A DNA stretch of 33,871 nucleotides from Saprolegnia diclina VS20 (taxonomy: Eukaryota): assembly GCF_000281045.1 (NCBI RefSeq), contig NW_008246069.1:263619-297489 (forward strand), in the 5' to 3' direction. The notes below the pieces were generated by a model, which did no database searches, was not told the DNA's origin, and saw only the letters and a program-made list of their open reading frames with translations. Positions within the stretch are counted from its first letter, which is position 1. Each line of letters opens with the position of its first letter. Shown one piece after another: positions 10,180 to 21,342 of the stretch. Made by a program: the position numbers and the translations under genes.

Positions 10180-12709
10180 TTAAAAGAGCAGTGGCATCTC
10201 TTCAGCCTCGGCCTCCTCGTCGTCGTCGTCGATGTCGCCGCTCTTGGCCTTCTTCTTCCGCGCCGCTTCCTTGGCCAAGATGGTCGAGACCATCTCGGCA
10301 ATGTTGGCGTCTAAGGACATACCATATGAATACAGTCGAGTGAAGAAGCGGCCGATCGTACTCAGTGGGCGCGCTGCCGACGAGAGCGCGAGGTCCACGA
10401 GGTTCCGCCGGACCTTTTCCTCGTTCTTGAATTTGATTTTGAGCTCTTGCCGCGTCCGGTTGGGGAAGAGCGTCGACATGAGCGTAAAGTCGGCGCCGAC
10501 TTGGCTCAGCGCATAGTAAAACTGCGCCGTCTCCGAGTGCGGCCAGCGCTTGGACGTGCGCCGACCCACCAAGTACCCTACAAGAAACGTAGTAAGTCTG
10601 TCTCCCCACACTAGGAGGAGGAAATACCGCCGCCCGATTGACGGCGCTTCTTCTTCTCTTCGTCGTCGTCCTGCTCGCTGTCGTGGTTGACGTTGAGCTC
10701 GTCTTCGTGGATCGTCAAGCTGCTTTCAATGACGACGATGCGGCCATCGACAAACTCAACCCGGGGACCGCTCCTAAATGACGAGAAGTAATGACAGAGT
10801 ACCCTGCGACTAGCCGTACGCCGGTGCAGGGCGGGCCTCGTTACGGGCTTGGCGGCCGGTTCCCTCGTCGTCGTGCTCATCATCCTAGAGAAGCATGAGA
10901 CGACGTATGGACAGTAGTGACACCTCGTCGTCGGCGTCGTCGCGCACGCCCCGGGGCACAGTCATCGCGAGCTCGCCCATGGTCATCTTTGAGAGCGCTA
11001 CTTCGGCCGCGAGCTCGTCTTCCGACTCGAGCACATCTTCCGGTGCCATCTTGGCGACGGTCTTGCGCTTGGCCTTGTTCTTTGGCTACTTCCATCGTGT
11101 TGAGGCTGGTTCGATGAGACAGGTAGCGCTTACCTGGACTTCGTCGTCCTCGAGGAGCGCGCGCGCATAGTCGAGCACCCGCTGGGACGCAGGGACCTAC
11201 GTGAACGCTGCGTTATTGCGATCCATGAAGCAGACAAGACGTACGATGGCCAAGGGCTTGGGCACTCGTCTCGACGTCTTCCGGCCTCGGCGCGCGATCG
11301 ACGCCTGCAGGCAGTAGTCACAGTTCACTCAGATCCAGACATCGACAGGAACGTACAGCGATCGGCGCATCTTCGTCGTCGTCGTCGTAGTTGAAGTCCG
11401 CCGCGTCATCCATATCGTCGTCGTCGACGACTTCAAAGAAGTGGGCATGGCCGCTGTCGCTGTGGTCGTCGTCGATGACCTCGTCCTCAACGGGCGACGC
11501 CGGGCGCTTCGGTCGCTTGGCCTACGCGTGATCAGCATGACTCTTCTGCTTTTCACGACAACGGCCGCTGCATACCTTGGGCTCGTCCGACGACGGCTGT
11601 GCTTTTGCCTTCTTGGCCTTCTTTTGCGTTTCAACACGAGGGGCCGCGACGCGCACGGGCTCTGGCGCCGCCACCATGGGCTTGGTCAAGCTGCGGAGGC
11701 GCATGGACGCGGGTGCGTTCGGCGCGTCGGTCGATGCCATTGCTTTCGCGACCGTCGCGGTCTTGGTCGTCTTGGCCTTCTTGGAGGACTTGGCTTTCTT
11801 GGCCGACTTGTCCGATCTGGCTGATTTGGCCGACTTGGACTTCTTCGTTGTCGGCGAGTTTGTGCTGACGTCCGCCGGCAATTCGAGAGCTGCTGGCTTG
11901 GCGACAGGCGTTGATGGCTTGGACACGGGCGTCGACGGCTTGGACACGGGGGTTCCGGGCTTCAAGACGGGGGTTGCTGGCTTCAAGACGGGGGTTGCCG
12001 GCTTTTGGACAGGAGTACCCGGCTTTTGGACAGGCGTAGGCTTCTCCACCCGTGTTCCTGGCTTCTGCGTGCCGGGTTTCTGCACGGGTGTTCCTGGTGC
12101 CAACACTGGCGTCGCCGGCGTGGGCTACAGTCATCGTTCAACGTGGTTCGACACTATTTGAAGAAAGACGTACAGATTTCGCAGGTGCGACACGGGACGG
12201 CTCCGATCCCACCGATGGGATCACGATCGGGACCTAGAGCCACAACCGTGTTAGCACTGGTGCTCAATAGCGTAGATCGTACCGGCCGGCGTGGCGCTGC
12301 CGTGCGGGCGGGTCCTCTCGGGCTACTGCCAACACCAAATGAGCTGCCAGGTGTAAAGGCGCCGCCGGCGAGGATGCGCGTCGGGCCTTTCGCGGCTGGC
12401 GGCGGGACCACGGGTGTCGGCGCAGGCGTAGCGACGGGAGATGGTTTCTCGTGCGACGCTTCAGTAGCGGCCTTTGGCGTTGCAATCGAGTTGGACCGCG
12501 ACCGCGTCTCGGGCACGGGCGAGTCCGTGGCCGTCGCTGGTGTTGCCGGCTTGGGTTGCGACGCCGGTGCTACGATAACGCTGCAGCGATGGCGCCGACG
12601 AGTACGAGGACGTACCTTGCGACGACTTGGGCCGAGGCCCGATCGAGACGCGCGTCGGCTTGCGCGCGCCCTTGGGCTTCAAGAGCGGGACGCGCTGGGA
12701 CGATGCCAT
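10180..12709 (-). CDS. BDP1: TFIIIB subunit B'' (BDP1)-like, multi-exon
   Basis: C-terminal SANT domain RWPHSETAQFYYALSQVGADFTLMSTLFPNRTRQELKIKFKNEEK, preceded by GPRVEFVDGRIVVIESSL. Long low-complexity N-terminus from MASSQRVP (12709). Multiple GTAC...TAG introns; internal exon borders are approximate. Confidence 0.85.
11892..12125 (-). repeat. Coding 21-bp minisatellite giving about 11 imperfect KP[G/A/S]TPV[Q/L/S] heptads in BDP1
   Basis: Units such as ggcttcaagacgggggttgct and ggcttggacacgggcgtcgac are repeated on the + strand. Confidence 0.85.
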
Positions 12710-12945
12710 GGTCGGGCCTTGCTCCCGATTGGTGGTCTCGGGTTATCATTGGCTAAAAGTCAGGGCGCCATCTGATTGGCGGTCCGAATTCGGTTCAAAA
12801 TCGCGGCGCCATCTCCCGACCATGTTGACAGGCTCGTCGGTTGTCCTGCTTTAGTCGATACTAGCTACTAACGTTAGTACTGCAATGTGTCCTCATTGAC
12901 TAAACTCTGGGTCTCGTTCGATGACCGCAAGCGCGCATGGAAGAG

Positions 12946-13343
12946 NNNNNNNNNNNNNNNNNNNNNNNNNNNNNNNNNNNNNNNNNNNNNNNNNNNNNNN
13001 NNNNNNNNNNNNNNNNNNNNNNNNNNNNNNNNNNNNNNNNNNNNNNNNNNNNNNNNNNNNNNNNNNNNNNNNNNNNNNNNNNNNNNNNNNNNNNNNNNNN
13101 NNNNNNNNNNNNNNNNNNNNNNNNNNNNNNNNNNNNNNNNNNNNNNNNNNNNNNNNNNNNNNNNNNNNNNNNNNNNNNNNNNNNNNNNNNNNNNNNNNNN
13201 NNNNNNNNNNNNNNNNNNNNNNNNNNNNNNNNNNNNNNNNNNNNNNNNNNNNNNNNNNNNNNNNNNNNNNNNNNNNNNNNNNNNNNNNNNNNNNNNNNNN
13301 NNNNNNNNNNNNNNNNNNNNNNNNNNNNNNNNNNNNNNNNNNN
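12946..13343. other. Assembly gap (N run)
   Basis: Run of N between the divergent BDP1 and KH-protein promoters. Confidence 1.
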
Positions 13344-13698
13344 TGTCACGTCGCATCAGCGTTTTCATTCAGTCGTCCGTGCAGCAAGGACCGAGAGAGC
13401 GTAGTTAAAAGGTAGCTCGCGGAACGGGACGCTGGTCCTCGCGGGTCGTTGATCTTAGGCTCGTCTTATTGTCGGCGCTGGATGCGCTTGCCGTTGGCCA
13501 CGTCGCTGGATCCGCATCTTCCGGAAGATCGATGCGTATCCGGAGAAATACTTTTAAACGATCTTTCTGTATTTGTATTCCCATTGTCATACAATAAACA
13601 TGTAAACAAAAAGGTTTTGCATTAAAAAGACTTTGATTTTTAATGCCAACGGCGTCCCAGTTTGTAATTTGCCATCGCACGTCGAGAGCACTGATTCC

Positions 13699-15690
13699 AT
13701 GGCCGACAACGATCCGGTCGCCAAGGCCCGCGCGATTGCCGCGCGTCTCGGCTTGACAGTTCCTTCCGACAACAGCATCCTCGGGAAGCGCAAGAACCGC
13801 TTCGACGTACGCGTATCATTGCATGTGCCATGCGCTAAGGACCGAGGGCTAGGACGACATGGACGGCCGGAAGAAGAAGAAGGTGTACATCCCCGTCGAG
13901 AAGTACCCGGACATTAACTTTATGGGCCTCCTCATTGGCCCTCGCGGCTCGAACCAGAAGCGCATGGAAGACCTCTCGGGCTCGCGCATTCTTATCCGTG
14001 GCCGCGGCTCGGTCAAGGTGGGCATGCGAGGCATCATGCGGCCTCACGATAACGTGATTGCAGGAATCGTTTGGCGATCCCGATGAGAACGACGATATGC
14101 ACGTGCTCATTACGGCCGACACGGACGACCAGATTGCCAAGGCCCAGGAGCTCGTCGAAGACATTCTCTTCAACCCGGAGAAGGCCATGAAGTTGAAGCA
14201 GGAGCAGCTCCGTCAGTATGTACCCCTTACCATACGCTTCCTGGATACAAACCACGTGTATGTAGGGTCGCTGAGAACAACGGGTCGACCGAAATCACGC
14301 ATTATGGGCCGCTCGGCGGCGGTATCGGCGGCGAGACCATGTTCAAAATGTCGGTGCCCCGTGCGTTGGTCGGCTTGATCATTGGCCGCGGCGGTGAAAC
14401 CATCCGCGACTTGCAGAACAAGAGCGGCAGTCATATCCAAGTCGGGCGCGAAGACGACGGCGGTCCGCCCACGGAGCGCATCGTGCAGATTGCCGGCACG
14501 CCGGCGCAGGTCGAGATTGCACGCAACATGATCAACGGCATCTTGGGCGACCGCGTCGAGGGCGGGCGTCGCGACCGCAACGAGCCGCCGCCGGACGCGC
14601 TCAAGCTCGTCGTGCCGAACGACAAGGTTGGCCTGATCATTGGCCGCCAAGGCGTGACCGTCAAGGGCGTCCAGCAGCGCACAGGGGCCAACGTGGTCGT
14701 ACCGTCGGCGCCCGACAGCGAGAACCCCAGCCTGCGCACGCTCATCATTACCGGCACGTCGGAAGCCAAGGAGGCGGCGCGCGTCGAAATTCAGATGCTT
14801 GTCAACGACCAGCAAAACTTGTTGCCGCAGGGCGCCAACACCATCTACATGCAGCTGCCAAACGATCGGGTGCGAATTCAAGCGCGTACGTACCTCATGC
14901 TCACGTGTATCTTAGGTGGGTATCGTCATTGGCCGCCAAGGCGCCAACGTCCGCGCGATCCAAGAGCGCCACGACTGCCGCATTCAAATTCCCAACGTGC
15001 CGGACCCGGGGTCGATGCCCGAAGTGCGCACGATCTCGATCGCGGGCCCGACGCAGCACGCCGTGCAGATGGCCAAGGCCGAGATTGACGCGATTTTGCT
15101 CAACGACTCTGCGCGCAACTACAACAGCAACTCGCAGTAGGCGACGATTTGGCCGAGGCTTGCTTGGCTGACGAGTTGCGTAGCTATGGCGAGCAGTCGC
15201 GCGGCAGCGGCACGTACGGCACGGTCGACCCGTATGCGCCGCATTATCAGCAGCAGTACTATCAGCAACAGCAGCAGCAATACCAGCAGTACCAGTCGTA
15301 CTACGGGCCGGCCGGTGATGCGACCGCCGCGACGACGACGACGACGACCGCAGGTGACGCGACTGCCGAGGCGGCGGCCCCCGATGCGACAGCGGCGACG
15401 GCAACGGCAGATCCCAACGACCCGAACGCGTACTGGAATGGCTACTACGAGTACGCGGCGTACTATGGCGTGGACGCGGCGAATGCGGCGTGGGGCGTGA
15501 CCGCGGCGGCCGACGGGTCGACGAATGCGCCTCCTGCGGAAGGCACCTCGAGCGAAACCAAGAAGGAAGACGAGGTACCGTCCTTTATACTTGCATGCAC
15601 TCTTGGCTCGTCCTCTCTACTCTCTCTCTTCTTCTCCTTGAATGGTCGTCACCAACCTCCTGTGCCTGGTTCTTCTAGGCGGCCAAGTGA
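13699..15690 (+). CDS. Multi-KH RNA-binding protein: SF1/BBP-type KH-QUA2, three FUBP-type KH domains and a Tyr-rich tail
   Basis: Exons 13699-13806, 13853-14017, 14064-14215, 14266-14869, 14916-15136, 15184-15574 and 15679-15690. SF1-like KVYIPVEKYPDINFMGLLIGPRGSNQKRMEDLSGSRILIRGRGSVK and KLKQEQLR. Three further GxxG KH domains (VGLIIGRGG, VGLIIGRQG, VGIVIGRQG). Confidence 0.9.
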
Positions 15691-16481
15691 GCAGCTGCGC
15701 AGGCAAGCGTCGTCGCCCTCGTTAACCCGTTCATCGAGGCTTTCTACGTCGTCTGTCTTGCGTATGTGTTGTGTGTTGTGCCTAGCTCGGCCACGCGAAC
15801 AAGAAGTGTTGTCGTGCAATCATCTCGGGCTGGTCGACCGCAAGGTACTCGTTCGTTCGTTCGATCGTCGCCATCTCGACGCGCGCTCACGCTGCTGCCA
15901 CGTCAGATGCCCGAGTTCAAGCCTTGCATCTGGCGACATGTCGGCGCGCATGCACCATGCGCTGGACACGCTCCGCCTGCGCAAGCGCTGCCGGCCAGTC
16001 GCACAACCACAAGAATGCTCTGTCCGACCGTTCCGTACATTGAAAAGCCGAACGTTTCGTACATTGCAATACAAAGATCAAGTTGAAACATCCATGCGTA
16101 TTGTACGTGTACGTACCTCTGACGTGGCGCGTGCATATCACCTTCGAACTTCGCGCCAACGCAGCCTAACTTCGCCAGCCGGGGCCAACTCCGGGGTCCG
16201 CGTGCGCATCGAGCCGGAGGCCATCCGTTTATCCGGACATTTCCCGCCGATCGGCGGCTGTTATCCGGCGCTGGCGAATTGGACCACACAAAAGTTCCCT
16301 TTGTGGTCGGGGATTCGACCAATCAGAGGAGACGATTAGAGATCAAGATCTGACCGTGATTACAAGTCATGTTGCATTATATTCGAAGCCTCTTGATACA
16401 AACAACAAGATAATAGAATAAATTGGAACAATGATGTGGATCCGACCAAGGACGCCGAGCATCTTCCTTGGCTGCTTCCAT

Positions 16482-16497
16482 GCACATTTTGCATTTT
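16482..16497 (+). promoter_or_regulatory. Oomycete Inr+FPR core promoter element of glutamine synthetase
   Basis: GCACATTTTGCATTTT matches the known oomycete consensus (about GCTCATTYYNCAWTTT) and ends 23 nt before the ATG. Similar elements occur at 2828, 4068, 7099, 8492 and 21308. Confidence 0.7.
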
Positions 16498-16520
16498 GCC
16501 AGCAAGGTAGCAACACGAAC

Positions 16521-17591
16521 ATGAGCAAGCTCGATCGCGCGGTCTACGACAAGTACATGGAGCTCGACACTGGTAGCTTCATCCAGGCCGAGTACGTCTG
16601 GGTCGGCGGCTCGGGCGAAGACCTCCGCTGCAAGACGCGCACGCTCGATAAGTACCCGACCTCGGTCGCCGACCTCCCGATCTGGAACTTTGACGGCTCG
16701 AGCACGGGCCAGGCGCCTGGCCAGGACTCGGAAGTCATGCTCAAGCCCGCCGCCATCTACAAGGACCCGTTCCGCCGCGGCAACCACATCCTCGTCATGT
16801 GCGACTGCTACAAGCCCGACATGACGCCGATCCCGTCCAACACGCGCTTTGACGCGGCCCGCGTCATGAAGGCGTGCGAGAAGGAAGTCCCGTGGTTCGG
16901 CATCGAGCAGGAGTACACGCTCTTCGAGGCCGACAAGGTCACGCCGTACGGCTGGCCCGTCGGTGGCTACCCGGGGCCGCAGGGTCCGTACTATTGTGGC
17001 GCCGGCGCGCACTCGGCCTTTGGCCGCCTCATCGCCGACGCGCACTACCGCGCGTGCTTGTACGCTGGCATCCGCATCTCGGGCATCAACGCCGAAGTCA
17101 TGCCCGGCCAGTGGGAGTACCAGGTCGGTCCCTGCACGGGCATCGAATCCGGTGACCAGATGTGGATCTCGCGCTACATCCTCCTCCGCGTCTGCGAGGA
17201 CTTTGGCGTCATCGTGTCGTTCGACCCGAAGCCGATTCCCGGTGACTGGAACGGCGCCGGCTGCCACACCAACGTGTCGACCAAGGCGATGCGCGAAGAC
17301 GGCGGCATGGTCAAGATCATCGAGGCGCTCGAGAAGCTCAAGTTGAAGCACAAGGTGCACATTGCCGCGTACGGTACGGGCAACGAGCGCCGCCTCACGG
17401 GCCGCCACGAGACCGCGTCGATCGACCAGTTCTCGTACGGTGTCGCCAACCGCGGCGCGTCGATCCGCATCCCGCGCCAGGCCGAGGCCGACGGCAAGGG
17501 CTACTTCGAAGACCGTCGCCCGTCCTCCAACATGGACCCGTACGTCGTCACGGGCCGCATCATGAAGACCATCTCGCTCAACGAAGCGTAA
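16521..17591 (+). CDS. GLN1: Glutamine synthetase type II (eukaryotic), 356 aa, intronless
   Basis: Motifs [78 protein letters not shown] and [14 protein letters not shown]. Confidence 0.98.
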   Translation: MSKLDRAVYDKYMELDTGSFIQAEYVWVGGSGEDLRCKTRTLDKYPTSVADLPIWNFDGSSTGQAPGQDSEVMLKPAAIYKDPFRRGNHILVMCDCYKPDMTPIPSNTRFDAARVMKACEKEVPWFGIEQEYTLFEADKVTPYGWPVGGYPGPQGPYYCGAGAHSAFGRLIADAHYRACLYAGIRISGINAEVMPGQWEYQVGPCTGIESGDQMWISRYILLRVCEDFGVIVSFDPKPIPGDWNGAGCHTNVSTKAMREDGGMVKIIEALEKLKLKHKVHIAAYGTGNERRLTGRHETASIDQFSYGVANRGASIRIPRQAEADGKGYFEDRRPSSNMDPYVVTGRIMKTISLNEA

Positions 17592-18710
17592 GCATTTGTA
17601 GTAGTACAGTAGTAAGAAGAATCATCGAACCATCCTCATTCCCTTGTATCCATCGCCGCCCATCATCCGCTCTGTGTTTCCGTCAACAGCGTGCGTGTCG
17701 CCAACCACGTTCTTTGCAGCCGCGACACCTGCCCTCGCACCAGCCGCGTCCTGGACGGCGTCGGGCGCATGGGATCGAGTACTGGTTGGCGGAGTAGCTA
17801 CCGCGTCGATCGAACCTGCGGCCGCTGGTCGCCAGCTGCGCCACGTCAAAGTTCCCAAGCTTCCATGCATTTTATCACTTGCGGTTTGTATTAGCTGGAC
17901 GTCGATAGTCAGCAGCTGGACGACACTCGGATCTCTCAAGATCGTCTCATTTGCTCCGCCAGCGCCAACTCTGTCTCGGATCCGACCGCGTCGTAGGATC
18001 GAGGCGACGTTCCGCCGACCAGCGCCACGCATTCGCCCTGCAACGCTGCTTCGACTACTCGCTACCAAGCGCAAGCGATGACGTCCATGGCTCATGGCTC
18101 ATGGCTGGTCGAGCATTACGCATCTCCGGCGTCCAGTAGGCAGCCAAATGCGATCGGTGGCGCTGGCCGTATCAAGTCCATCACCGACTGCCGCCAACGA
18201 GTAACAACTGTGCCATGTCACTGCACCAAGCAAACTAAGAACCGAGTTGCTTCTGGCTCATTCTCCAAGATCCACCCCGAGACGACGAAATCGAGCGCCT
18301 GTCCGCCTCAATAGACCGTGTCGGCGGCCAGTTGACCTTCAAGACACATTTGACATGCTTCTGCACAAGTGCTTCAACACCCACCTGGTAAGACGCGCAG
18401 TAATAGCCCCGTTACCGCAGCGCACTGGCTCGCAGCGCGCGTGGACGCCAAGCAGTTACTCACCGCTGGCCTCGCGTCGGTAACTGCGCTACGTCGCGCG
18501 ATCGGCGGCGCCCCAAACTTTCTCGCGCATGGCGATCGTCCTGCAGATATTGGGCGGCGCTGGCCACGCTTGTTGGGTGCGTCGATATTGGGACAGGTTT
18601 GACAAATGGCGTATCAGCGTGGGATTTGCCATCGGCTTTTTTGCGAGCGCAAGGGTTACGTACACAGTACTTGGCCATCCTCTTCGTCGAGGCAGAGACC
18701 ATCAACGGCC

Positions 18711-19739
18711 ATGACGGCGACAACAACGACCATGACGACGAGCAGCAACAAGAAGCCGCGCGGCGCCAAGCCCGAGGCGTCGGCCCACATGCCCTTCTTC
18801 ATGACCAAGAAGAACGCGCCGAACGTGTGCTTCACCCGCGGACCCCTGAGCCTCGAGAGCGCCTTCCGCGGTAATGACGCCGCGGCGTCCTTTGACGATG
18901 ACGGGCTTGTTGTAGTCGGGCGCCATCACCCGCATGGGCTGCACAGCGACTTGTTTGCGGACTTTCCGAGCGCGCCCGCCCCGCCCAAGCCCGATGACTT
19001 CGAGCACGAAAACAAGCTGCTCCAGGAGGAGGTGCTGCGCCTCGAGAGCCAACTGGTCACGATGCGCTGCGACTTGGCGGTCAAAGAATTTGAAGTTCTC
19101 GGGCTCAATTCGGAGAACCAGTACCTTCGGCGCATGCAGCATCAGGCGACGCGCAAGACGGACGACCTCATTGCCAAACTCTCGGCGCAGTGCGAGTATG
19201 CGCAAAAGGTGGCCCACGACCAAGAGCTGGCGCTGCGCCGCCAAGCCCGCGAGATCGAAGAGAGCAAGGCGTGGATCCTCAACCAGTACTTTACGGGCTG
19301 CGTCGACGACAATGTGCCCAAGCCGGCGTCCTGGGAAGACCCGAACACTCTACGCGTGGATGTGATTGAAGCGTCCGCGTCGCTGCTCGCTACGCCGTGG
19401 GCCTCGCCGTTCACGTCGATTGCGACACCGCTGCTGCGATCGCCGAGCGCCCAGGCGCAGCAAAAGCTCGTGTCGCAGCTCGAAGACGTCGAGAACCTCC
19501 TCGCGCGCTGCGTCGAGCACCAGAAAGCGAGCGTCTCGGAAGTCGCCAACATTGAAATGGCCATGGAAGAAGCCTGTGAGCAGTACTACCACGTGCTCGA
19601 AGAACCCGTCGAGGAGCCGACGTGCGCAACGACCGAGCTCAAGACGGACGACGCGGCCGCGTTTGAGTTTGACGCGCTCATCTCAGAACTCAATGGCCTC
19701 GTGTGCCGGTACGATGCAGTACCGGCCTGCGGAGCGTAG
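18711..19739 (+). CDS. Hypothetical coiled-coil protein, about 342 aa, intronless
   Basis: Long ORF with coding-like codon usage and a heptad-rich segment (ENKLLQEEVLRLESQLVTMRCDL...). The start may instead be at 18606. Confidence 0.75.
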   Translation: MTATTTTMTTSSNKKPRGAKPEASAHMPFFMTKKNAPNVCFTRGPLSLESAFRGNDAAASFDDDGLVVVGRHHPHGLHSDLFADFPSAPAPPKPDDFEHENKLLQEEVLRLESQLVTMRCDLAVKEFEVLGLNSENQYLRRMQHQATRKTDDLIAKLSAQCEYAQKVAHDQELALRRQAREIEESKAWILNQYFTGCVDDNVPKPASWEDPNTLRVDVIEASASLLATPWASPFTSIATPLLRSPSAQAQQKLVSQLEDVENLLARCVEHQKASVSEVANIEMAMEEACEQYYHVLEEPVEEPTCATTELKTDDAAAFEFDALISELNGLVCRYDAVPACGA

Positions 19740-19804
19740 TCGCCCTCGTGTATATATATTTAAGAGCCTCCTCCATACGACACTAGCTTTAGTAGATCAA
19801 GTGT

Positions 19805-20780
19805 CTAGACGAACTGCAGCAGAAGCGGTGGCGGCGGCCCCGAGGCGGTGGACGATAGCATGACGAGGTGCACCTACAGTGGCGCAATGTCAGCACCGTC
19901 GACAAGCAGAGATAGCGTCAGTACCGAAGGAGGCAAGGGCTTCTTTGTCGCTGGGTGCTGCTGAACGACGTGCTTCTTGCGCTTGGCGCGGCTCATGTGC
20001 ACCGCAAACTCGAACGTCGTCATCCCTGTAGCATGCGAATTAGTGTTTGTTGACGAAGCAGATGTGGACCTGTACGATAGATGTACGCCTGAAAGGCCGC
20101 GAGGACAAAGAGACCCATGAGGCCCATGGCTGGCAAGGCTGCAAGCAGCGCCACGAGCGCTTTCGCTCTAGAACCATGTATACATCGTTGGATCAAATAT
20201 GAGAGCGCTACCCGGATGAAGCCGAGCTCACGAGAAGCGTAGCGATGGCGAGCGCTGTCTGGACAAGGAGGTACGCGATGCTCGCAGCAATGAGGAGGCG
20301 GAATTGCCGGACGTTCGCCGTGCCAATGCACGTATTGAGGTAGTCACAGTGGTGGTCGAACCCCTCGACGCACTTGGCGCAACAGAGACAGTGCTTGGTG
20401 CGCGAGTTGACCGTGAGATTGCAGGACCGGCAGCGCGCGATCTTCTCGCCCGGGTGCAAGCTTCGCGGGTACTTGGTAGCGAGCGTATCGGCTGTGGACA
20501 CTGCGATGAACAAGGCGACCATGACGCCAAAGAGCACTGCAATTGCCATTGCGACGCTGGCGAGGACGACGAGGTCGCAGAGGTCATGGGCCTCGGGCAC
20601 CAGTAGCGCCGTCGAGAGGCCGGCGCACACGACCGAGAGGCCAAATATGCTTACGACGATGACCTGGCGCGGGTGCCACGGGCGCTCCAAGCCATGGCGC
20701 CGCTGGCGACCGTTGCGCTCGTCCAGCATTCGAAACTGGCGACGCGACACCCTCTCGAACCTGATATGAATCCCATACAT
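19805..20780 (-). CDS. DHHC palmitoyltransferase (ZDHHC1/11-like)
   Basis: Motifs RRHGLERPWHPRQV and CRSCNLTVNSRTKHCLCCAKCVEGFDHHCDYLNTCIG, and TTxE (MTTFE) after splicing. Introns near 20211-20168, about 20067-20025 and 19924-19874. The start may be 20780 or 20729. Confidence 0.88.
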
Positions 20781-20924
20781 TTTTGCAAGTGTCAATGAGC
20801 GGTATCTTATTAAGTATGAGAGGTCGGAAACCCACGCAAGTCTCCACCACAGCGAACTTTAGTGTACCATAGTTCCCTTGCTGTGGCGGACAGATTGTCA
20901 TTTGTTGTTGTTGGACATAGCTGC

Positions 20925-21014
20925 TATCGATAGGACTTTTATCGATAGGACTTGGAATTATTAGCAACAGATCGCGTTGTCATCTGCACCAACTGCACCA
21001 ACTGCACCAACTGC
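20925..21014. repeat. Short tandem repeats in an AT-rich divergent intergenic region: TATCGATAGGACTT x2 and (TGCACCAAC) x3
   Basis: 14-bp copies at 20925-20938 and 20940-20953. 9-bp unit at 20985-21014. Confidence 0.85.
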
Positions 21015-21342
21015 GCGAGTACTGTAGCAAACACAACCTGCACCACCGCTGGTGCAGCCATGGCCCGGCGATATAGTGAAGAGGAAATTTGCTAGTGTGG
21101 ATGGAGGGATCAACAAATATTCTAAAATTGTACAGAATACGTAGCTGACGACAAGACAACTCAACAATGAATCGACGAATTCAGACAATTTGAATTTGAA
21201 GCGGAACTTTGGTGGGAAATAGAGTGATTTTGCAAGCGTGAAATGCCATGTCCCACGCAGTCGGATTAACCGGATAGTGTATCCGGATGCATAATGCAAT
21301 CGATTGTGTCATTTGCCATTGCACGCGTCCATCATCGTCGGC

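Noticed and set aside
11892..12125. Possible CRISPR-like repeat array
   Set aside because: Contiguous degenerate coding repeats with no spacers, in a eukaryotic exon.
12874..13415. ORFs spanning the N run (also those at 33220-33784)
   Set aside because: Artefacts of assembly gaps and the ATCT microsatellite.
15575..16339. Continuation of the 396-aa ORF 15149-16339 beyond the KH gene
   Set aside because: Better explained by intron 15575-15678 and a stop at 15690; the remainder is UTR or promoter with non-coding composition.
16377..17408. Long antisense ORFs opposite GS, UCH, Rab2 and the C2-like gene
   Set aside because: Expected shadow ORFs from GC-rich third-position codon bias; no independent motifs.
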